Under the pieces are notes generated by a model, which saw only the letters and a list, made by a program, of their open reading frames with translations, searched no databases and was not told where the DNA came from. Of a DNA stretch of 48,938 bases, positions 37,208 to 47,735 are shown piece after piece. The position numbers were made by a program, and so were the translations under genes. Position 1 is the first letter of the stretch, and each line of letters starts with the position of its first letter. The DNA comes from Candidatus Omnitrophus sp. (lineage in GTDB: Bacteria > Omnitrophota > Gorgyraeia > Zapsychrales > Fredricksoniimonadaceae): assembly GCA_020719005.1 (NCBI GenBank), contig DYQZ01000002.1, positions 1-48,938 on the forward strand. The letters run 5' to 3'.

Positions 37208-38203
37208 TTACTCGCTCTTCTTTCTTAACTTTTTCATATCGATCTTCATGCCGAGGCCAAGCCCCATCGCCTTCAGTATCTCGTCGATCTCTGTGAGAGA
37301 CTTCTTACCGAAGTTACGGAAATTAAGGAGCTCTTCTTCTGTCTTACGGACCAGATCGACGATCGTTTTGATGTTCGCTTCTTTTAAACAATTGGAACTG
37401 CGCACGGAAAGTTCAAGCTCCGAGATCGGCAGACGCAACTTGGAATACAACGCCTCTTCTTCGACGGAAACCTCTTCTTCTTCTTCCTCTTCTTCAGGAA
37501 GCTGACCATAGCTTACAAAAACATCAAGGTGACGCTGTAAGATATTAGCCGCATACAAAAGAGCTTCTTTAGGACTGATACCGCCGTTGGTAAAGATCTC
37601 AAGGATCATACGATCATAATCGGTGCGCTGCCCGACACGTGTATTCTCCGAGAAGAAATTCACTTTCTCAATAGGTGTAAAGATGGAATCAACTGCGATA
37701 GAACCAACCGCAGCGCCCTCTTTCTTATTCAATTCAGCAGGAACATAACCACGGCCGCGGCACACTTCAAGTTCCATGTTGAACTCGATATCCTGTGTGA
37801 GCGTGCAGATATGATGATCAGGATTCAAAACCTCGATCGTCTCATCGCAAATAACGTCCTTCGCCTTGACCTCACCCTTTTTCGTTGCCTTGATATAAAC
37901 CGACTTGGCAACTTTTGAATGAGAACGGAGAACCAATTCCTTGACGTTAAGGATAATGTCAGAGACAGTTTCCAACACGCCTGGGACCGTCGAGAACTCA
38001 TGCATCACGCCATCAATGCGAATGGATGTCACAGCGCTTCCTTCGATCGAAGAAAGAAGGATCCTGCGAAGTGAATTACCTAAGGTCACACCATAACCAC
38101 GCTCAAAAGGCTCGGCAATGAATTTACCATAACGATCTGTGTACGTAGCCTCATCGCAATCTAAACGCTTGGGCATCTGAAAATCACGCCATTTAACTCC
38201 CAT
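37208..38203 (-). CDS. rpoA: DNA-directed RNA polymerase subunit alpha
   Basis: GNSLRRILLSSI motif in the NTD. CTD LELSVRSSNCLK. Poly-Glu linker. Confidence 0.97.
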   Translation of the reverse strand: MGVKWRDFQMPKRLDCDEATYTDRYGKFIAEPFERGYGVTLGNSLRRILLSSIEGSAVTSIRIDGVMHEFSTVPGVLETVSDIILNVKELVLRSHSKVAKSVYIKATKKGEVKAKDVICDETIEVLNPDHHICTLTQDIEFNMELEVCRGRGYVPAELNKKEGAAVGSIAVDSIFTPIEKVNFFSENTRVGQRTDYDRMILEIFTNGGISPKEALLYAANILQRHLDVFVSYGQLPEEEEEEEEVSVEEEALYSKLRLPISELELSVRSSNCLKEANIKTIVDLVRKTEEELLNFRNFGKKSLTEIDEILKAMGLGLGMKIDMKKLRKKSE

Positions 38204-38253
38204 GAGTTCATTCCTCCTTTAATTGGCCGCACAGCCTATTGGCCGCGTCCTCA

Positions 38254-38862
38254 TTATTTCGAATAAAGCTCAATGATGAGCTGTTCATTGACCGGTACAA
38301 CAATATCTTCACGCGTCGGGATGCGGGTAACCTTACCCTTTTGTCCATCTGCATCAGGCATGAGCCATGTCGGGACAGACCAACCTTCATTCATTTCCAC
38401 GTTCTTCTTCACAAGATTCGTGACAGTCTCTCTTGCAACAAATGAGATCACATCGCCAACCTTGACAGCAGCCGACGGGATATTTACTTTCTTGTCATTG
38501 ACACGCACAAGACCATGGCTGACCATCTGCCGCGCTTGCGCACGGGTAAGGGTATAACCCAGACGGTAAACAACATTGTCCAAACGGGTTTCCAATAACT
38601 GCAAAAGAACAGTACCAGCAACACTCTTTGCTGCCACAGCTTTAAGATAGTAGTTCTTGAACTGACGCTCAAGAATACCATACATGCGCTTGGCTTTCTG
38701 TTTCTCGCGGAGCTGTAAACCGTAGTTCGACAACTTGCCGCGTCTTAAACCGTGTTGACCGGGAGCAGTCTCATTCTTTTCAAGAGACCATTTTTTCTTA
38801 AGCTCGAGATTAACGCCTTCTCTTCTCGATAAACGACAACGTGGACCAGTGTAGCGTGCCAT
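38254..38862 (-). CDS. rpsD: 30S ribosomal protein S4
   Basis: MARYTGPRCRLSRREG start and an S4 RNA-binding domain. Confidence 0.97.
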   Translation of the reverse strand: MARYTGPRCRLSRREGVNLELKKKWSLEKNETAPGQHGLRRGKLSNYGLQLREKQKAKRMYGILERQFKNYYLKAVAAKSVAGTVLLQLLETRLDNVVYRLGYTLTRAQARQMVSHGLVRVNDKKVNIPSAAVKVGDVISFVARETVTNLVKKNVEMNEGWSVPTWLMPDADGQKGKVTRIPTREDIVVPVNEQLIIELYSK

Positions 38863-38882
38863 GGATCAAATACCCTTTCTTA

Positions 38883-39332
38883 TTAAACTCTGCGCTTCTT
38901 GCGCGGACGGCAACCATTATGTGGGATCGGTGTTGTATCACGGATCGTCATGACCTGAATACCGGCGGCAGCGATCGCACGCACAGCAGATTCACGGCCG
39001 GAACCCGGACCATTCACCAGAACATCAACACTTTCGATCCCCAGATCCTTTGCGCGCTTCGCAGCTTCTGCAGCGGCCATCTGTGCGGCGAAAGGAGTGG
39101 ATTTCTTCGAACCTGTAAAACCAACAACACCGGGCGTTGCCCAGACAATAGCATTACCCTGACGGTCAGTGATCGTCACGATCGTGTTATTGAACGTAGC
39201 TTTGATCGTCACAAGACCGGTTGTTACACCTTTTAAAGCGCGCTTCTTTGCTTTTGCCTTCTTAGAGGCAGTCTTGGTCGTTGCCTGCTGCGCCTGCTGC
39301 TGTTTTTCTGCCTGCTTATTCATTTTAGTCAT
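38883..39332 (-). CDS. rpsK: 30S ribosomal protein S11 (basic N-terminal extension)
   Basis: [11 protein letters not shown]...GTPGSR-like core and a [14 protein letters not shown]-terminus. Confidence 0.96.
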   Translation of the reverse strand: MTKMNKQAEKQQQAQQATTKTASKKAKAKKRALKGVTTGLVTIKATFNNTIVTITDRQGNAIVWATPGVVGFTGSKKSTPFAAQMAAAEAAKRAKDLGIESVDVLVNGPGSGRESAVRAIAAAGIQVMTIRDTTPIPHNGCRPRKKRRV

Positions 39333-39345
39333 GGATCAAAACCTC

Positions 39346-39723
39346 TTATTCTGCTTTCTTCTTCATTCCGCCGACAGTCTGTTTACGCCCCTTGCGTGTG
39401 CGCGAATTCGTACGCGTGCGCTGACCACGGACCGGAAGCCCCTTGCGGTGCCTGAGACCACGGTAAGATCCCATATCCATATGCTGACGGATATTCTGCT
39501 GGACTTCACGACGGAGGTCACCTTCAACAACATAATTCTTCTGAATATACGCTGTGATCTTAGCCACCTCATCATCTGTAAGATCCTTCGCGCGCCTATT
39601 GCCATCAATGTTCAGATCCTTGAGGATCTTGCGGGCACGGAAAGGTCCAATACCAAAAACGTAAGGCAATGCCGCCTCAACGCGTTTGTCTCTCGGAAGA
39701 TCAATACCTAAAATTCTCGCCAT
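39346..39723 (-). CDS. rpsM: 30S ribosomal protein S13
   Basis: [16 protein letters not shown] start. Confidence 0.97.
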   Translation of the reverse strand: MARILGIDLPRDKRVEAALPYVFGIGPFRARKILKDLNIDGNRRAKDLTDDEVAKITAYIQKNYVVEGDLRREVQQNIRQHMDMGSYRGLRHRKGLPVRGQRTRTNSRTRKGRKQTVGGMKKKAE

Positions 39724-39729
39724 ACTACC

Positions 39730-39843
39730 TTATCCTTGTCTTTGTTTATGTTTTGGATTATCGCAAATGACACGAACAACCCGGTTACGCTTAACAACCT
39801 TGCATTTGTTACAGATACGCTTTACTGACGATTTGACTTTCAT
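39730..39843 (-). CDS. rpmJ: 50S ribosomal protein L36 (37 aa, absent from the ORF track)
   Basis: Hand translation: [37 protein letters not shown]. Confidence 0.93.
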   Translation of the reverse strand: MKVKSSVKRICNKCKVVKRNRVVRVICDNPKHKQRQG

Positions 39844-39844
39844 C

Positions 39845-40063
39845 TTACTTATTCCTGTAGGTTATACGCCCTCTTGAAAGATCATAGGGCGAAAGTTCCA
39901 GTTTAACCTTATCACCCGGCAAAATACGGATGAAATGCATCCGCATCTTACCTGAAACATGAGCCAAGACCTTGTGTCCATTGTCAAGAACAACGCGGAA
40001 CATTGCGTTAGGCAATGATTCCTCAACTGTCCCCTCAACTTCGATCAGATCTTCTCTTGCCAT
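39845..40063 (-). CDS. infA: Translation initiation factor IF-1
   Basis: 72 aa. [13 protein letters not shown]...[16 protein letters not shown]. Confidence 0.97.
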   Translation of the reverse strand: MAREDLIEVEGTVEESLPNAMFRVVLDNGHKVLAHVSGKMRMHFIRILPGDKVKLELSPYDLSRGRITYRNK

Positions 40064-40072
40064 AGTATCTTC

Positions 40073-40831
40073 TTATTCTGTCAAAACCATTGGTCCCGAT
40101 TCTGTGATCGCGACCGTGTGTTCAAAATGTGCTGACGGTTTTTTGTCTATTGTAACAGCCGTCCATCCATCTTCTAATATTTTTATTCCAAAGCGCCCCA
40201 TGTTCACCATAGGCTCGATCGCAAAAACCATACCCGACCGCAACAGCACGCCTTTGTGAGGCTCGCCGTAATTAGGGATCTCGGGATCTTCATGCAGATC
40301 CTTGCCAATGCCGTGTCCTACAAAATCACGCACGACAGAGAACCCTTTTGACTCAACATACTTTTGTATTGCGCTCGAAATATCTCCCAGACGATTTCCG
40401 GGACGTGCTTCAGCAATACCTTTTAAAAGAGCCTGGCGTGTCACATCGATCAACTTTTGCCGTGACGCCTCGAGACTTCCTATACCAACGGTGACAGCCA
40501 TATCGGAAAAATAACCTTTATGGATGATCCCCATATCAATGCTCACCAGATCATTATCTTTGATCACGCGAGCCCCCGGGATGCCATGCACCACTTCTTC
40601 ATTCACTGATATACATGCATTAGCAGGGAATCCACGATACCCTTTGAACGCGGCCGTAACAGCATGCCGGACGACCAAGCCTTCAGCTAAAAGATCAATA
40701 TCTCGCGTCGTCATCCCAGGTTTTAAAGAACTTTTCAGATCTGCAACAATTGTTGCCAGTATCCGACCGGCCTCCCGAAGAACAATAAGCTCTTCCAGGG
40801 TTTTGATCCGGATGTCAGACATCTTTGCCAT
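40073..40831 (-). CDS. map: Type I methionine aminopeptidase
   Basis: VHGIP, DMGI, GHGIG, and FAIEPM metal-site motifs. Confidence 0.95.
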   Translation of the reverse strand: MAKMSDIRIKTLEELIVLREAGRILATIVADLKSSLKPGMTTRDIDLLAEGLVVRHAVTAAFKGYRGFPANACISVNEEVVHGIPGARVIKDNDLVSIDMGIIHKGYFSDMAVTVGIGSLEASRQKLIDVTRQALLKGIAEARPGNRLGDISSAIQKYVESKGFSVVRDFVGHGIGKDLHEDPEIPNYGEPHKGVLLRSGMVFAIEPMVNMGRFGIKILEDGWTAVTIDKKPSAHFEHTVAITESGPMVLTE

Positions 40832-41471
40832 TTAATATATTCAAAAGTGCGACCCGAACATCTTCAGCGTCTTTATCGGCGTTGATGGTCTTCAATTTGC
40901 CTTGTGCTTTATAAAAATCAATGATCGGCTTCGTATTATCTGCATAAACGGTCATGCGATTACGGATCGTCTCTTCATTATCATCCGTACGCTGATATAA
41001 CGCTCCACCACATGCATCACAAACACCCGCAACCTTCGAGGGCATATTCTTCAAATGATAAACAGCGCCACAAGACTTGCACACACGACGGCCTGTCAAA
41101 CGCATCAACACCACATCCATCGACGCTTCCATATAAAGCGCGAAATTAATATTCAGCTTAAGACCCGAAAGGATCTTATCCAGGTCTGCAGCCTGGGCAT
41201 TCGTGCGAGGATATCCGTCGAACATATACCCCTTACCATCGGTATAAGAAGACTTGATCTTTCCCTCGATCATTTTTGTCACAACTTCATCAGGAACGAG
41301 ACCGCCACTTTCGACATAACGCTTGATCTCAAGGCCAATAGCGCTTCCAGCCTTGATCTCTGCGCGAATAAGATCGCCTGTTGAAATATGATGGACACCA
41401 AGTTGATCTTTCAACGCCGTTGCCAACGTGCCTTTACCAGCACCAGGAGCACCCAAAAGAACAATGATCAT
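40815..41471 (-). CDS. adk: Adenylate kinase (Cys4 zinc lid)
   Basis: LLGAPGAGKGT P-loop. The lid has CKSCG...CDACG. Confidence 0.96.
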   Translation of the reverse strand: MIIVLLGAPGAGKGTLATALKDQLGVHHISTGDLIRAEIKAGSAIGLEIKRYVESGGLVPDEVVTKMIEGKIKSSYTDGKGYMFDGYPRTNAQAADLDKILSGLKLNINFALYMEASMDVVLMRLTGRRVCKSCGAVYHLKNMPSKVAGVCDACGGALYQRTDDNEETIRNRMTVYADNTKPIIDFYKAQGKLKTINADKDAEDVRVALLNILNGKDV

Positions 41472-42829
41472 CTTCTACCCCTTAAATGTCCGGATTGCAT
41501 GAACCCTTCGTAATTATGCATCTGCAAATGTGATTCGATCTGCTTCATCGTATCAAGCATGACGCCGACAACGATCAGGATACCAGTACCGCCGAAGAAA
41601 GATGCCACAAGATACGGAACCTTAGCCGCGGCCATGATCGAATCCGGCATAACAGCGATAAAACAAATAAAAAGAGCACCAGCCAATGTCAAACGCGTCA
41701 GCACGAAATCAAGATAATCCGCAGTATGTTTACCCGGACGAACACCCGGGATAAATCCACCGTGTTTCTTCATATTCTCTGCAACATCCGCAGGATTAAA
41801 GACAATAGCTGTATAAAAATAACAAAAGAACATGATAAGAGCAGCATAAAACGAGTAATACCAGACATGCCCGCGTGTAAAGAAAGCCGCGAAGTGCTGA
41901 ATGCTTTGCGACGGAATAAAGCTAGCAATAGTAGCCGGAAATAAAATGATCGACTGCGCAAAGATGATCGCGATGATACCAGCTGTATCGACCTTAAGAG
42001 GAATGAACGTATTCTGTCCCCCATACGTCTTATTACCGACCATGCGACGCGCATACTGCACCGGGATACGGCGCTGTGCCTGCGTGATCAAAGTGATCGC
42101 CAGAATAACAAAGATCAGAAAGAATGTCATCATCAAGATCGTGAGCGGCTGTATCTGCGCGGCTCCAGCGGTCTTGGGAGATAACAAAAGCATTGTTTGT
42201 TCAAAGGCGGCAGGTGCCGCTGATAAAATACCTGCGGTAATAATGATCGACATCCCGTTGCCGACACCCTTTTCCTGAACACGCTCTCCAAGCCACATAA
42301 TGACCAGTGTGCCTGTCGTTAACGTGATCATCGTGGTCAGGCGAAAAGCAAGCCCGGGATCATTGACGATCTGCATCCCCTGAAATGCCTGAGAACTTTC
42401 AAGCCAAAGCGCAATAAAGAAAGACTGGATAAGTGCAAGAGCCACTGTTCCATAACGTGTAAACTGATTGATCTTCTGATAACCGGCCTGACCCTCTTTG
42501 GACAATTTCTCCAATGAAGGAATGACTGCTGTCAAAAGTTGCATGATGATCGAACTTGAAATATAAGGCATTACGCCTAAAGAAAAGATAGTTAGCTTTT
42601 CCAGCGAACGGCCGGAGAACATATTCATGATCGTAAATACATTACCGCCGCCCGTTGTCTGGGCGATCTTGTCAAAGAACTGCGCCAACGCCTTACCATT
42701 GATGCCAGGCGTCGGAATAAAACAACCCAATCGATAAATTGCAATGATCACCAATGTAAAAAGGATCTTTTTGCGAAGATCCTCAACTTTAAAACAGGTG
42801 GCAAGCGCTTTAAAGAATTGTGAAAGCAT
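41468..42829 (-). CDS. secY: Preprotein translocase subunit SecY
   Basis: 453 aa, about 10 TM segments, a GVMPYISSSI motif, and the conserved position between rplO and adk. Confidence 0.96.
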   Translation of the reverse strand: MLSQFFKALATCFKVEDLRKKILFTLVIIAIYRLGCFIPTPGINGKALAQFFDKIAQTTGGGNVFTIMNMFSGRSLEKLTIFSLGVMPYISSSIIMQLLTAVIPSLEKLSKEGQAGYQKINQFTRYGTVALALIQSFFIALWLESSQAFQGMQIVNDPGLAFRLTTMITLTTGTLVIMWLGERVQEKGVGNGMSIIITAGILSAAPAAFEQTMLLLSPKTAGAAQIQPLTILMMTFFLIFVILAITLITQAQRRIPVQYARRMVGNKTYGGQNTFIPLKVDTAGIIAIIFAQSIILFPATIASFIPSQSIQHFAAFFTRGHVWYYSFYAALIMFFCYFYTAIVFNPADVAENMKKHGGFIPGVRPGKHTADYLDFVLTRLTLAGALFICFIAVMPDSIMAAAKVPYLVASFFGGTGILIVVGVMLDTMKQIESHLQMHNYEGFMQSGHLRGRR

Positions 42830-42831
42830 AC

Positions 42832-43332
42832 TTATTTGTTTTTCTTCGCTTTCTTCAACGCGGCCTTCTTGAATTCAGGGCCTTCTACTCTTACGATGAG
42901 CTCAACTTTACCGCCGGCTTTAGTGATCTTTTCAGCAGCGCCTGAAGAAAACTTATGTGCGACGACTGTTAATGCTTTCTTGATATCACCGTCACCGAGA
43001 ATCTTGACCGGCTTACGGAGACTTCCGACAAGCTGATGCGCCTTCATTGACTTGACATCAACTTTTTCATTAGCCTTAAAACAATTAAGCGCTTCAACAG
43101 CAACGATCTGATAAACCTTGGGACGGGCGGAATGAAAACCCACCTTTGGGATACGGCGAATAATAGGCATCTGACCGCCTTCAGATCCGAGGATGATGCC
43201 ACGGCCTGAACGGGAACGCTGACCATTATCACCACGACCCGAGGTCTTACCCAGACCAGACGCCGCACCACGACCACGATATTTCCTCTGACGACGAGAA
43301 CCAACTGGAGATTTTAACTGATGCAACTGCAT
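42832..43332 (-). CDS. rplO: 50S ribosomal protein L15
   Basis: MQLHQLKSPVGSRRQRKYRGRG start. Confidence 0.95.
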   Translation of the reverse strand: MQLHQLKSPVGSRRQRKYRGRGAASGLGKTSGRGDNGQRSRSGRGIILGSEGGQMPIIRRIPKVGFHSARPKVYQIVAVEALNCFKANEKVDVKSMKAHQLVGSLRKPVKILGDGDIKKALTVVAHKFSSGAAEKITKAGGKVELIVRVEGPEFKKAALKKAKKNK

Positions 43333-43341
43333 ACGGGCCTT

Positions 43342-44019
43342 TTATTTATTTTCTTTAACTTCATTAATATTAATGTCAGAAACCTTCTTCAAGCGAGCCA
43401 AACCTTCGAACGTTGCTTTTACAACGTTAAGAGGATTGCTTGAACGATGGACTTTGGTAAGGATATTCTTGATACCAGCACCATCACAAATAGCACGCAC
43501 AGGACCTGAAGCAATAACGCCCGTACCCTCGGCGGCAGGCTTTAACATGACGCGTGTCGCGCACCATGAACCAATAACCTGATGCGGTATGGTCGTTCCA
43601 CGACGCTGCACTTCAACCATGCGCTTTTTTGCGGCATTCATGGCTTTTTTGATACCAACAGCCACTTCCCCCGCTTTGCCTAACGCATAACCGGCACGCC
43701 CTTTGCCATCACCGACAACAACAAGTGCGCTGAAAGACATTTTAGTACCGCCCTTGGTCACTTTCGCGACACGGCTGATACGGATCACCGATTCAATAAG
43801 ACCGCTAGCTTCACCCTCAGACTTCATGGGACGGCGTCCTTTAGGACCACGGCCATCTTTTGAATTACCTTTACCACCACGATCACCACCGGCAGGATTA
43901 AGGTCAGATGAGTAGGCTAATTTCTTTTCCGCTTTATCTACCGAAGCCATCTCTGTTACTTTGGCTTGAGCTGGTTTGTTCGCGGCGTTTGTCTGTTCGT
44001 TAGTCTTTTTGTCTTCCAT
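43342..44019 (-). CDS. rpsE: 30S ribosomal protein S5 (long N-terminal extension)
   Basis: VIRISRVAKVTKGG core. About 65 extra N-terminal residues. Confidence 0.95.
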   Translation of the reverse strand: MEDKKTNEQTNAANKPAQAKVTEMASVDKAEKKLAYSSDLNPAGGDRGGKGNSKDGRGPKGRRPMKSEGEASGLIESVIRISRVAKVTKGGTKMSFSALVVVGDGKGRAGYALGKAGEVAVGIKKAMNAAKKRMVEVQRRGTTIPHQVIGSWCATRVMLKPAAEGTGVIASGPVRAICDGAGIKNILTKVHRSSNPLNVVKATFEGLARLKKVSDININEVKENK

Positions 44020-44025
44020 AATTCT

Positions 44026-44391
44026 TTAGAATTCCAATCCGGATTTTCTGGCGGCGTCTGCGAATGCTTTAACGCGACCATGATAAACATACCCACCACG
44101 ATCAAAACAAACCTTCTTGACGCCTTTGGCGATCGCTTCTTTTGCAAAAGCCGTCCCAAGCATCTCTGCCGCCTTGACATTACCACCGGCGTTCTTTGTC
44201 TGCTCTTTTAGATCCTTCGCCAATGTGGTCTTCCCCATCAGCACTTTGTTACACGTATCATCAATGATATACGCAGAGAAATTATTCAGACTGCGATGCA
44301 CACAAAGACGCGGACGCTCTGTTGTCCCTGTCATATCCTTGCGGATACGAGCATGACGGGAAACCCTTTTTGTTTCTTTTATATTCAACAT
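44026..44391 (-). CDS. rplR: 50S ribosomal protein L18
   Basis: RHARIRK...RPRLCVHRSLN and DRGGYVYHGRVKA motifs. Confidence 0.96.
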   Translation of the reverse strand: MLNIKETKRVSRHARIRKDMTGTTERPRLCVHRSLNNFSAYIIDDTCNKVLMGKTTLAKDLKEQTKNAGGNVKAAEMLGTAFAKEAIAKGVKKVCFDRGGYVYHGRVKAFADAARKSGLEF

Positions 44392-44396
44392 ATGTC

Positions 44397-44936
44397 TTAC
44401 TTGGTTACGGATTTACCCTGTTTGCGCTTAACGACTTCTCCGACGAAACGAATACCTTTTCCTTTATACGGCTCAGGCGGCTTGATATCACGGATCTTGG
44501 CCGCGATCTGACCGACGAGCATATTATCAATGCCTTCAACCTTGATCTCGGTCGGCTTCGGCATCGTTACTTTGATACCTGCAGGAACAATAAAATCAAC
44601 CGGATGACTAAACCCAAGGCTCAATGTCAATTTCTGACCAACAACAGCACCACGAAAACCCAACCCCTGGATTTCAAGGTCTTTCACATGCCCCTTCGTG
44701 ATACCGACAGCCATGTTCTTAAGAAGAGCTCTAACGGTCCCATGATTAGCGCGTGTCTGCTTTGTATCATTCACACGTGTGATGCAAAGGCCTTTTTCAT
44801 TCTGCTCAACCTTAACACCTAAGGGAAGCGTCAATGAAAGTTTACCCTTTGGCCCTTCCATCGTAACAACAGTAGGGGTGATGCTCAACTTGACTTCTTT
44901 AGGAAGTACTAACGGGATCTTACCAATTCTTGACAT
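44397..44936 (-). CDS. rplF: 50S ribosomal protein L6
   Basis: MSRIGKIPLVLP start and PEPYKGKGIR near the C-terminus. Confidence 0.96.
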   Translation of the reverse strand: MSRIGKIPLVLPKEVKLSITPTVVTMEGPKGKLSLTLPLGVKVEQNEKGLCITRVNDTKQTRANHGTVRALLKNMAVGITKGHVKDLEIQGLGFRGAVVGQKLTLSLGFSHPVDFIVPAGIKVTMPKPTEIKVEGIDNMLVGQIAAKIRDIKPPEPYKGKGIRFVGEVVKRKQGKSVTK

Positions 44937-44942
44937 AACACC

Positions 44943-45338
44943 TTACCAAATGTAGCAGAGGACTTCGCCCCCGATTTTAAGTTTACGAGCTTCTCTATCG
45001 TCCAAAATACCCTTTGATGTCGAAATGACCGCAGTTCCCATTCCGCTTAATACGCGAGGGATCTCATCATTCTGAACATAAACACGCAACCCAGACTTTG
45101 AAATACGCTGGATCCCCGAGATAGCCGGAGTTCTGTTGTCATACTTAAGAAAGATCTTAAGCACTCCCTGTTTCTGGTCCTTAAGGAGACGATAATCTTC
45201 GATATAACCGTCTTTCTTAAAGATCGCAAGGATCTTCTCGATCATTTTGGAAGCAGGAACATCCACTGTCTCTTTACGGACTTTAAGAGCATTACGGATG
45301 ATCGTTAACATGTTGGCGACAGGATCTAACACAGCCAT
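44943..45338 (-). CDS. rpsH: 30S ribosomal protein S8
   Basis: DPVANMLTIIRNA motif. 131 aa. Confidence 0.96.
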   Translation of the reverse strand: MAVLDPVANMLTIIRNALKVRKETVDVPASKMIEKILAIFKKDGYIEDYRLLKDQKQGVLKIFLKYDNRTPAISGIQRISKSGLRVYVQNDEIPRVLSGMGTAVISTSKGILDDREARKLKIGGEVLCYIW

Positions 45339-45384
45339 CGGTGAAACCTCTTCTTTTTTATTTTACTCAAACTTCGTTCTTTAC

Positions 45385-45570
45385 TTACCAGCTAGCCTTC
45401 TTGACACCTGGTATCTCGCCCTTCCAGGCAAGTTCTCTAAAACACAAACGGCAAATACCAAAACGTCTCATAAAAGAACGAGGACGTCCGCACAAGTGAC
45501 AACGATTATGCTGCCTCGTCGAGAACTTTGGTGTTTTCTTTGATTTATTAACTAAACATTTCTTGGCCAT
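45385..45570 (-). CDS. rpsZ: 30S ribosomal protein S14, type Z (zinc-binding)
   Basis: 61 aa. CHLCGRP...CRLCFRE Cys4 motif, ends KKASW. Confidence 0.95.
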   Translation of the reverse strand: MAKKCLVNKSKKTPKFSTRQHNRCHLCGRPRSFMRRFGICRLCFRELAWKGEIPGVKKASW

Positions 45571-45589
45571 AAAATAACTGTCTCTTTTC

Positions 45590-46135
45590 TTACTTAGTAA
45601 AAGGCATTCCCATCAGGGTCAATAACTCAAGATTCTTTTCCGGATCGCCGCCCTTGATAACGATCGTAATATCCATACCCTGTGCACGAAAATCACGCTT
45701 TGTCGGATCAATTTCAGGGAAGATCGACTGTTCTTTCATGCCAAGCGTATAATTACCTTCACGATCAAATGACTTTTTAGAAACACCATTGAAGTCACGG
45801 ATACGTGGAAGAACAACAGAAATGAAGCGTTCTAAAAACTCATACATGCGGGCGCGGCGTAATGTTACTTTGCAACCGACCGCAAGACCTTCTCTCAAAC
45901 GAAAATTGGAGATGGCTTTCTTGGCTCTGCGCAAACTGGGCTTTTGACCGGTAATAGCTGCAAGGTCCTCGGCAGCCTGATCCAGCGTCTTCATATCATC
46001 CCTGGCTTCGCCGACACCCATATTGACAACGATCTTCTCAAGACGAGGGACCGCCATCACATTCTTGATCCCGAACTTCTCTTTCATCGCCGGGACAACT
46101 TCTTTTTGATATTTTTCGACCAATTCCGATTTCAC
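45590..46135 (-). CDS. rplE: 50S ribosomal protein L5
   Basis: [20 protein letters not shown] motif. Confidence 0.96.
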   Translation of the reverse strand: MKSELVEKYQKEVVPAMKEKFGIKNVMAVPRLEKIVVNMGVGEARDDMKTLDQAAEDLAAITGQKPSLRRAKKAISNFRLREGLAVGCKVTLRRARMYEFLERFISVVLPRIRDFNGVSKKSFDREGNYTLGMKEQSIFPEIDPTKRDFRAQGMDITIVIKGGDPEKNLELLTLMGMPFTK

Positions 46136-46146
46136 TTGAACACCTC

Positions 46147-46458
46147 TTAGATCGTTTCTTCGCTCTTAGTCCCAACACGAAGCTTCGCACCATCTTTAAG
46201 GACTTTGACCTTAAAGCGTGTAGGCTTATTCGTCTTTGCATCGATCAGCATGACATTAGATATATGCACAGGCTTTTCGATCTCAATAAAACCACCGTTC
46301 GGATACTGATCGCTCTTTTTAACGGCTTTCTTAACAACGTTGATATTCTCAACGACAATTTTCTTCTCTGCCAAAAGAACTTTGACGACTTTTCCAGTCT
46401 TTCCCTTGTCCTTACCGGCGATCAACATCACTTTATCATCACGTTTAATTCTAAGCAT
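46147..46458 (-). CDS. rplX: 50S ribosomal protein L24
   Basis: [19 protein letters not shown] motif. Confidence 0.95.
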   Translation of the reverse strand: MLRIKRDDKVMLIAGKDKGKTGKVVKVLLAEKKIVVENINVVKKAVKKSDQYPNGGFIEIEKPVHISNVMLIDAKTNKPTRFKVKVLKDGAKLRVGTKSEETI

Positions 46459-46826
46459 TATACAACCTCGGGTGCTAAAGAAATGATCTTCATATACTCC
46501 ATATTACGGAGCTCTCTTGCCACTGGACCGAAGACACGCGTCCCCTTCGGGTTACCAGCATCATCGATCAACACTACGGCATTGGTGTCAAAACGCACAT
46601 ACGTTCCATCAGAACGACGGATACGGCTCTTTGTGCGAACAATAACGCCCTTTGCTTTTTCGCCTTTTTTCACAGCTGCATCAGGGTTTGATTCTTTGAT
46701 ATTCACCCTGACGATATCACCGATCTGCGCGCTCTTTTTTCCTTTTGCATTCAACACACCAATAACAGATGCAAAACGGGCACCGGTATTATCGGCAACA
46801 GGTAAGAGGGATTTCATTTGGATCAT
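46458..46826 (-). CDS. rplN: 50S ribosomal protein L14
   Basis: MIQMKSLLPVADNTGA start. 122 aa. Confidence 0.97.
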   Translation of the reverse strand: MIQMKSLLPVADNTGARFASVIGVLNAKGKKSAQIGDIVRVNIKESNPDAAVKKGEKAKGVIVRTKSRIRRSDGTYVRFDTNAVVLIDDAGNPKGTRVFGPVARELRNMEYMKIISLAPEVV

Positions 46827-47122
46827 TGGGACACCGCCTCTTTATCCGTATTCTTTGAAACGATCTTGGAAATGGACCAACGCTTATCTTTTGACAACGG
46901 ACGTGTTTGCATGATCTCAACCACATCTCCAGCAGCAGACTCATTCTTCTCATCATGGGCCTTGAAACGGACATGACGCGTAAGAAGCTTCTCATACTTA
47001 GGATGCTTATAATGCGAACTGATCTCGACAACACGTGTCTTCATCATTTTATCGCTTATAACTTTGCCCGTAAGCGCTTTACGTCTATTAGTTCTTTTTT
47101 CCATTTTGATTCTTTCTTTCAT
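46823..47122 (-). CDS. rpsQ: 30S ribosomal protein S17
   Basis: LTGKVISDKMMKTRVVE...HPKYEK motifs. Alternative ATG at 47104. Confidence 0.93.
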   Translation of the reverse strand: MKERIKMEKRTNRRKALTGKVISDKMMKTRVVEISSHYKHPKYEKLLTRHVRFKAHDEKNESAAGDVVEIMQTRPLSKDKRWSISKIVSKNTDKEAVSQ

Positions 47123-47294
47123 TGATGATCGTCAAAATGCGCGCGATCTCTTTTCTCAGCCCTTTAAAAGAAGCGGGCTTCTCAGCCTGTCCGAGACGAC
47201 TCTTTTGACGAAGTTCGAAGATCTCTTTCTTCAAAAGCTTCTCGCGCTGATTTAATTCATCGACGCTTAAATTATTCAATTCTTTCAATTCCAT
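47088..47294 (-). CDS. rpmC: 50S ribosomal protein L29
   Basis: 68 aa. ELNQREKLLKKEIFELR motif. Position between rplP and rpsQ. Confidence 0.93.
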   Translation of the reverse strand: MELKELNNLSVDELNQREKLLKKEIFELRQKSRLGQAEKPASFKGLRKEIARILTIINERKNQNGKKN

Positions 47295-47304
47295 GACAAC
47301 CTCT

Positions 47305-47724
47305 TTAGATCTGCTTAGTGCGCGTTACAAACTTTGTTTTTAAAGGGAGCTTAAACGCGATCAAACGTAATAAGTTCTTTGCGAAATCTTCCGGAACGCC
47401 GCTGATCTCAAAAAGGATCTTCCCGCGCTTGACAACAGCAACCCAGTGATCCAGGTCACCTTTTCCCTTACCCATACGGGTTTCTGCCGGTTTCGCAGTA
47501 ACGGGCTTATGCGGAAATATATTGATCCACAATTTACCCGCTCCGCGCAGTTTTCTCACCATGGCAACGCGGCATGCTTCAATATGATTAGAACGTATAC
47601 GACCGTTCTCCAATACCTTTAGGCCGTATTCACCAAAAGCCAGACGATCCCCTGATGTGGCAACGCCGCGACATTTACCTTTTTGAGCTTTTCTATATTT
47701 AACTCTTTTTGGCATTAACGCCAT
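47305..47724 (-). CDS. rplP: 50S ribosomal protein L16
   Basis: MPKRVKYRK and RMGKGKG motifs. Confidence 0.96.
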   Translation of the reverse strand: MALMPKRVKYRKAQKGKCRGVATSGDRLAFGEYGLKVLENGRIRSNHIEACRVAMVRKLRGAGKLWINIFPHKPVTAKPAETRMGKGKGDLDHWVAVVKRGKILFEISGVPEDFAKNLLRLIAFKLPLKTKFVTRTKQI

Positions 47725-47735
47725 ACAAAACTCCC

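Noticed and set aside
38208-38445. 60-68 aa ORFs between rpoA and rpsD
   Set aside because: They overlap the 3' end of rpsD in other frames or strands and have no features. The real intergenic gap is only 50 nt.
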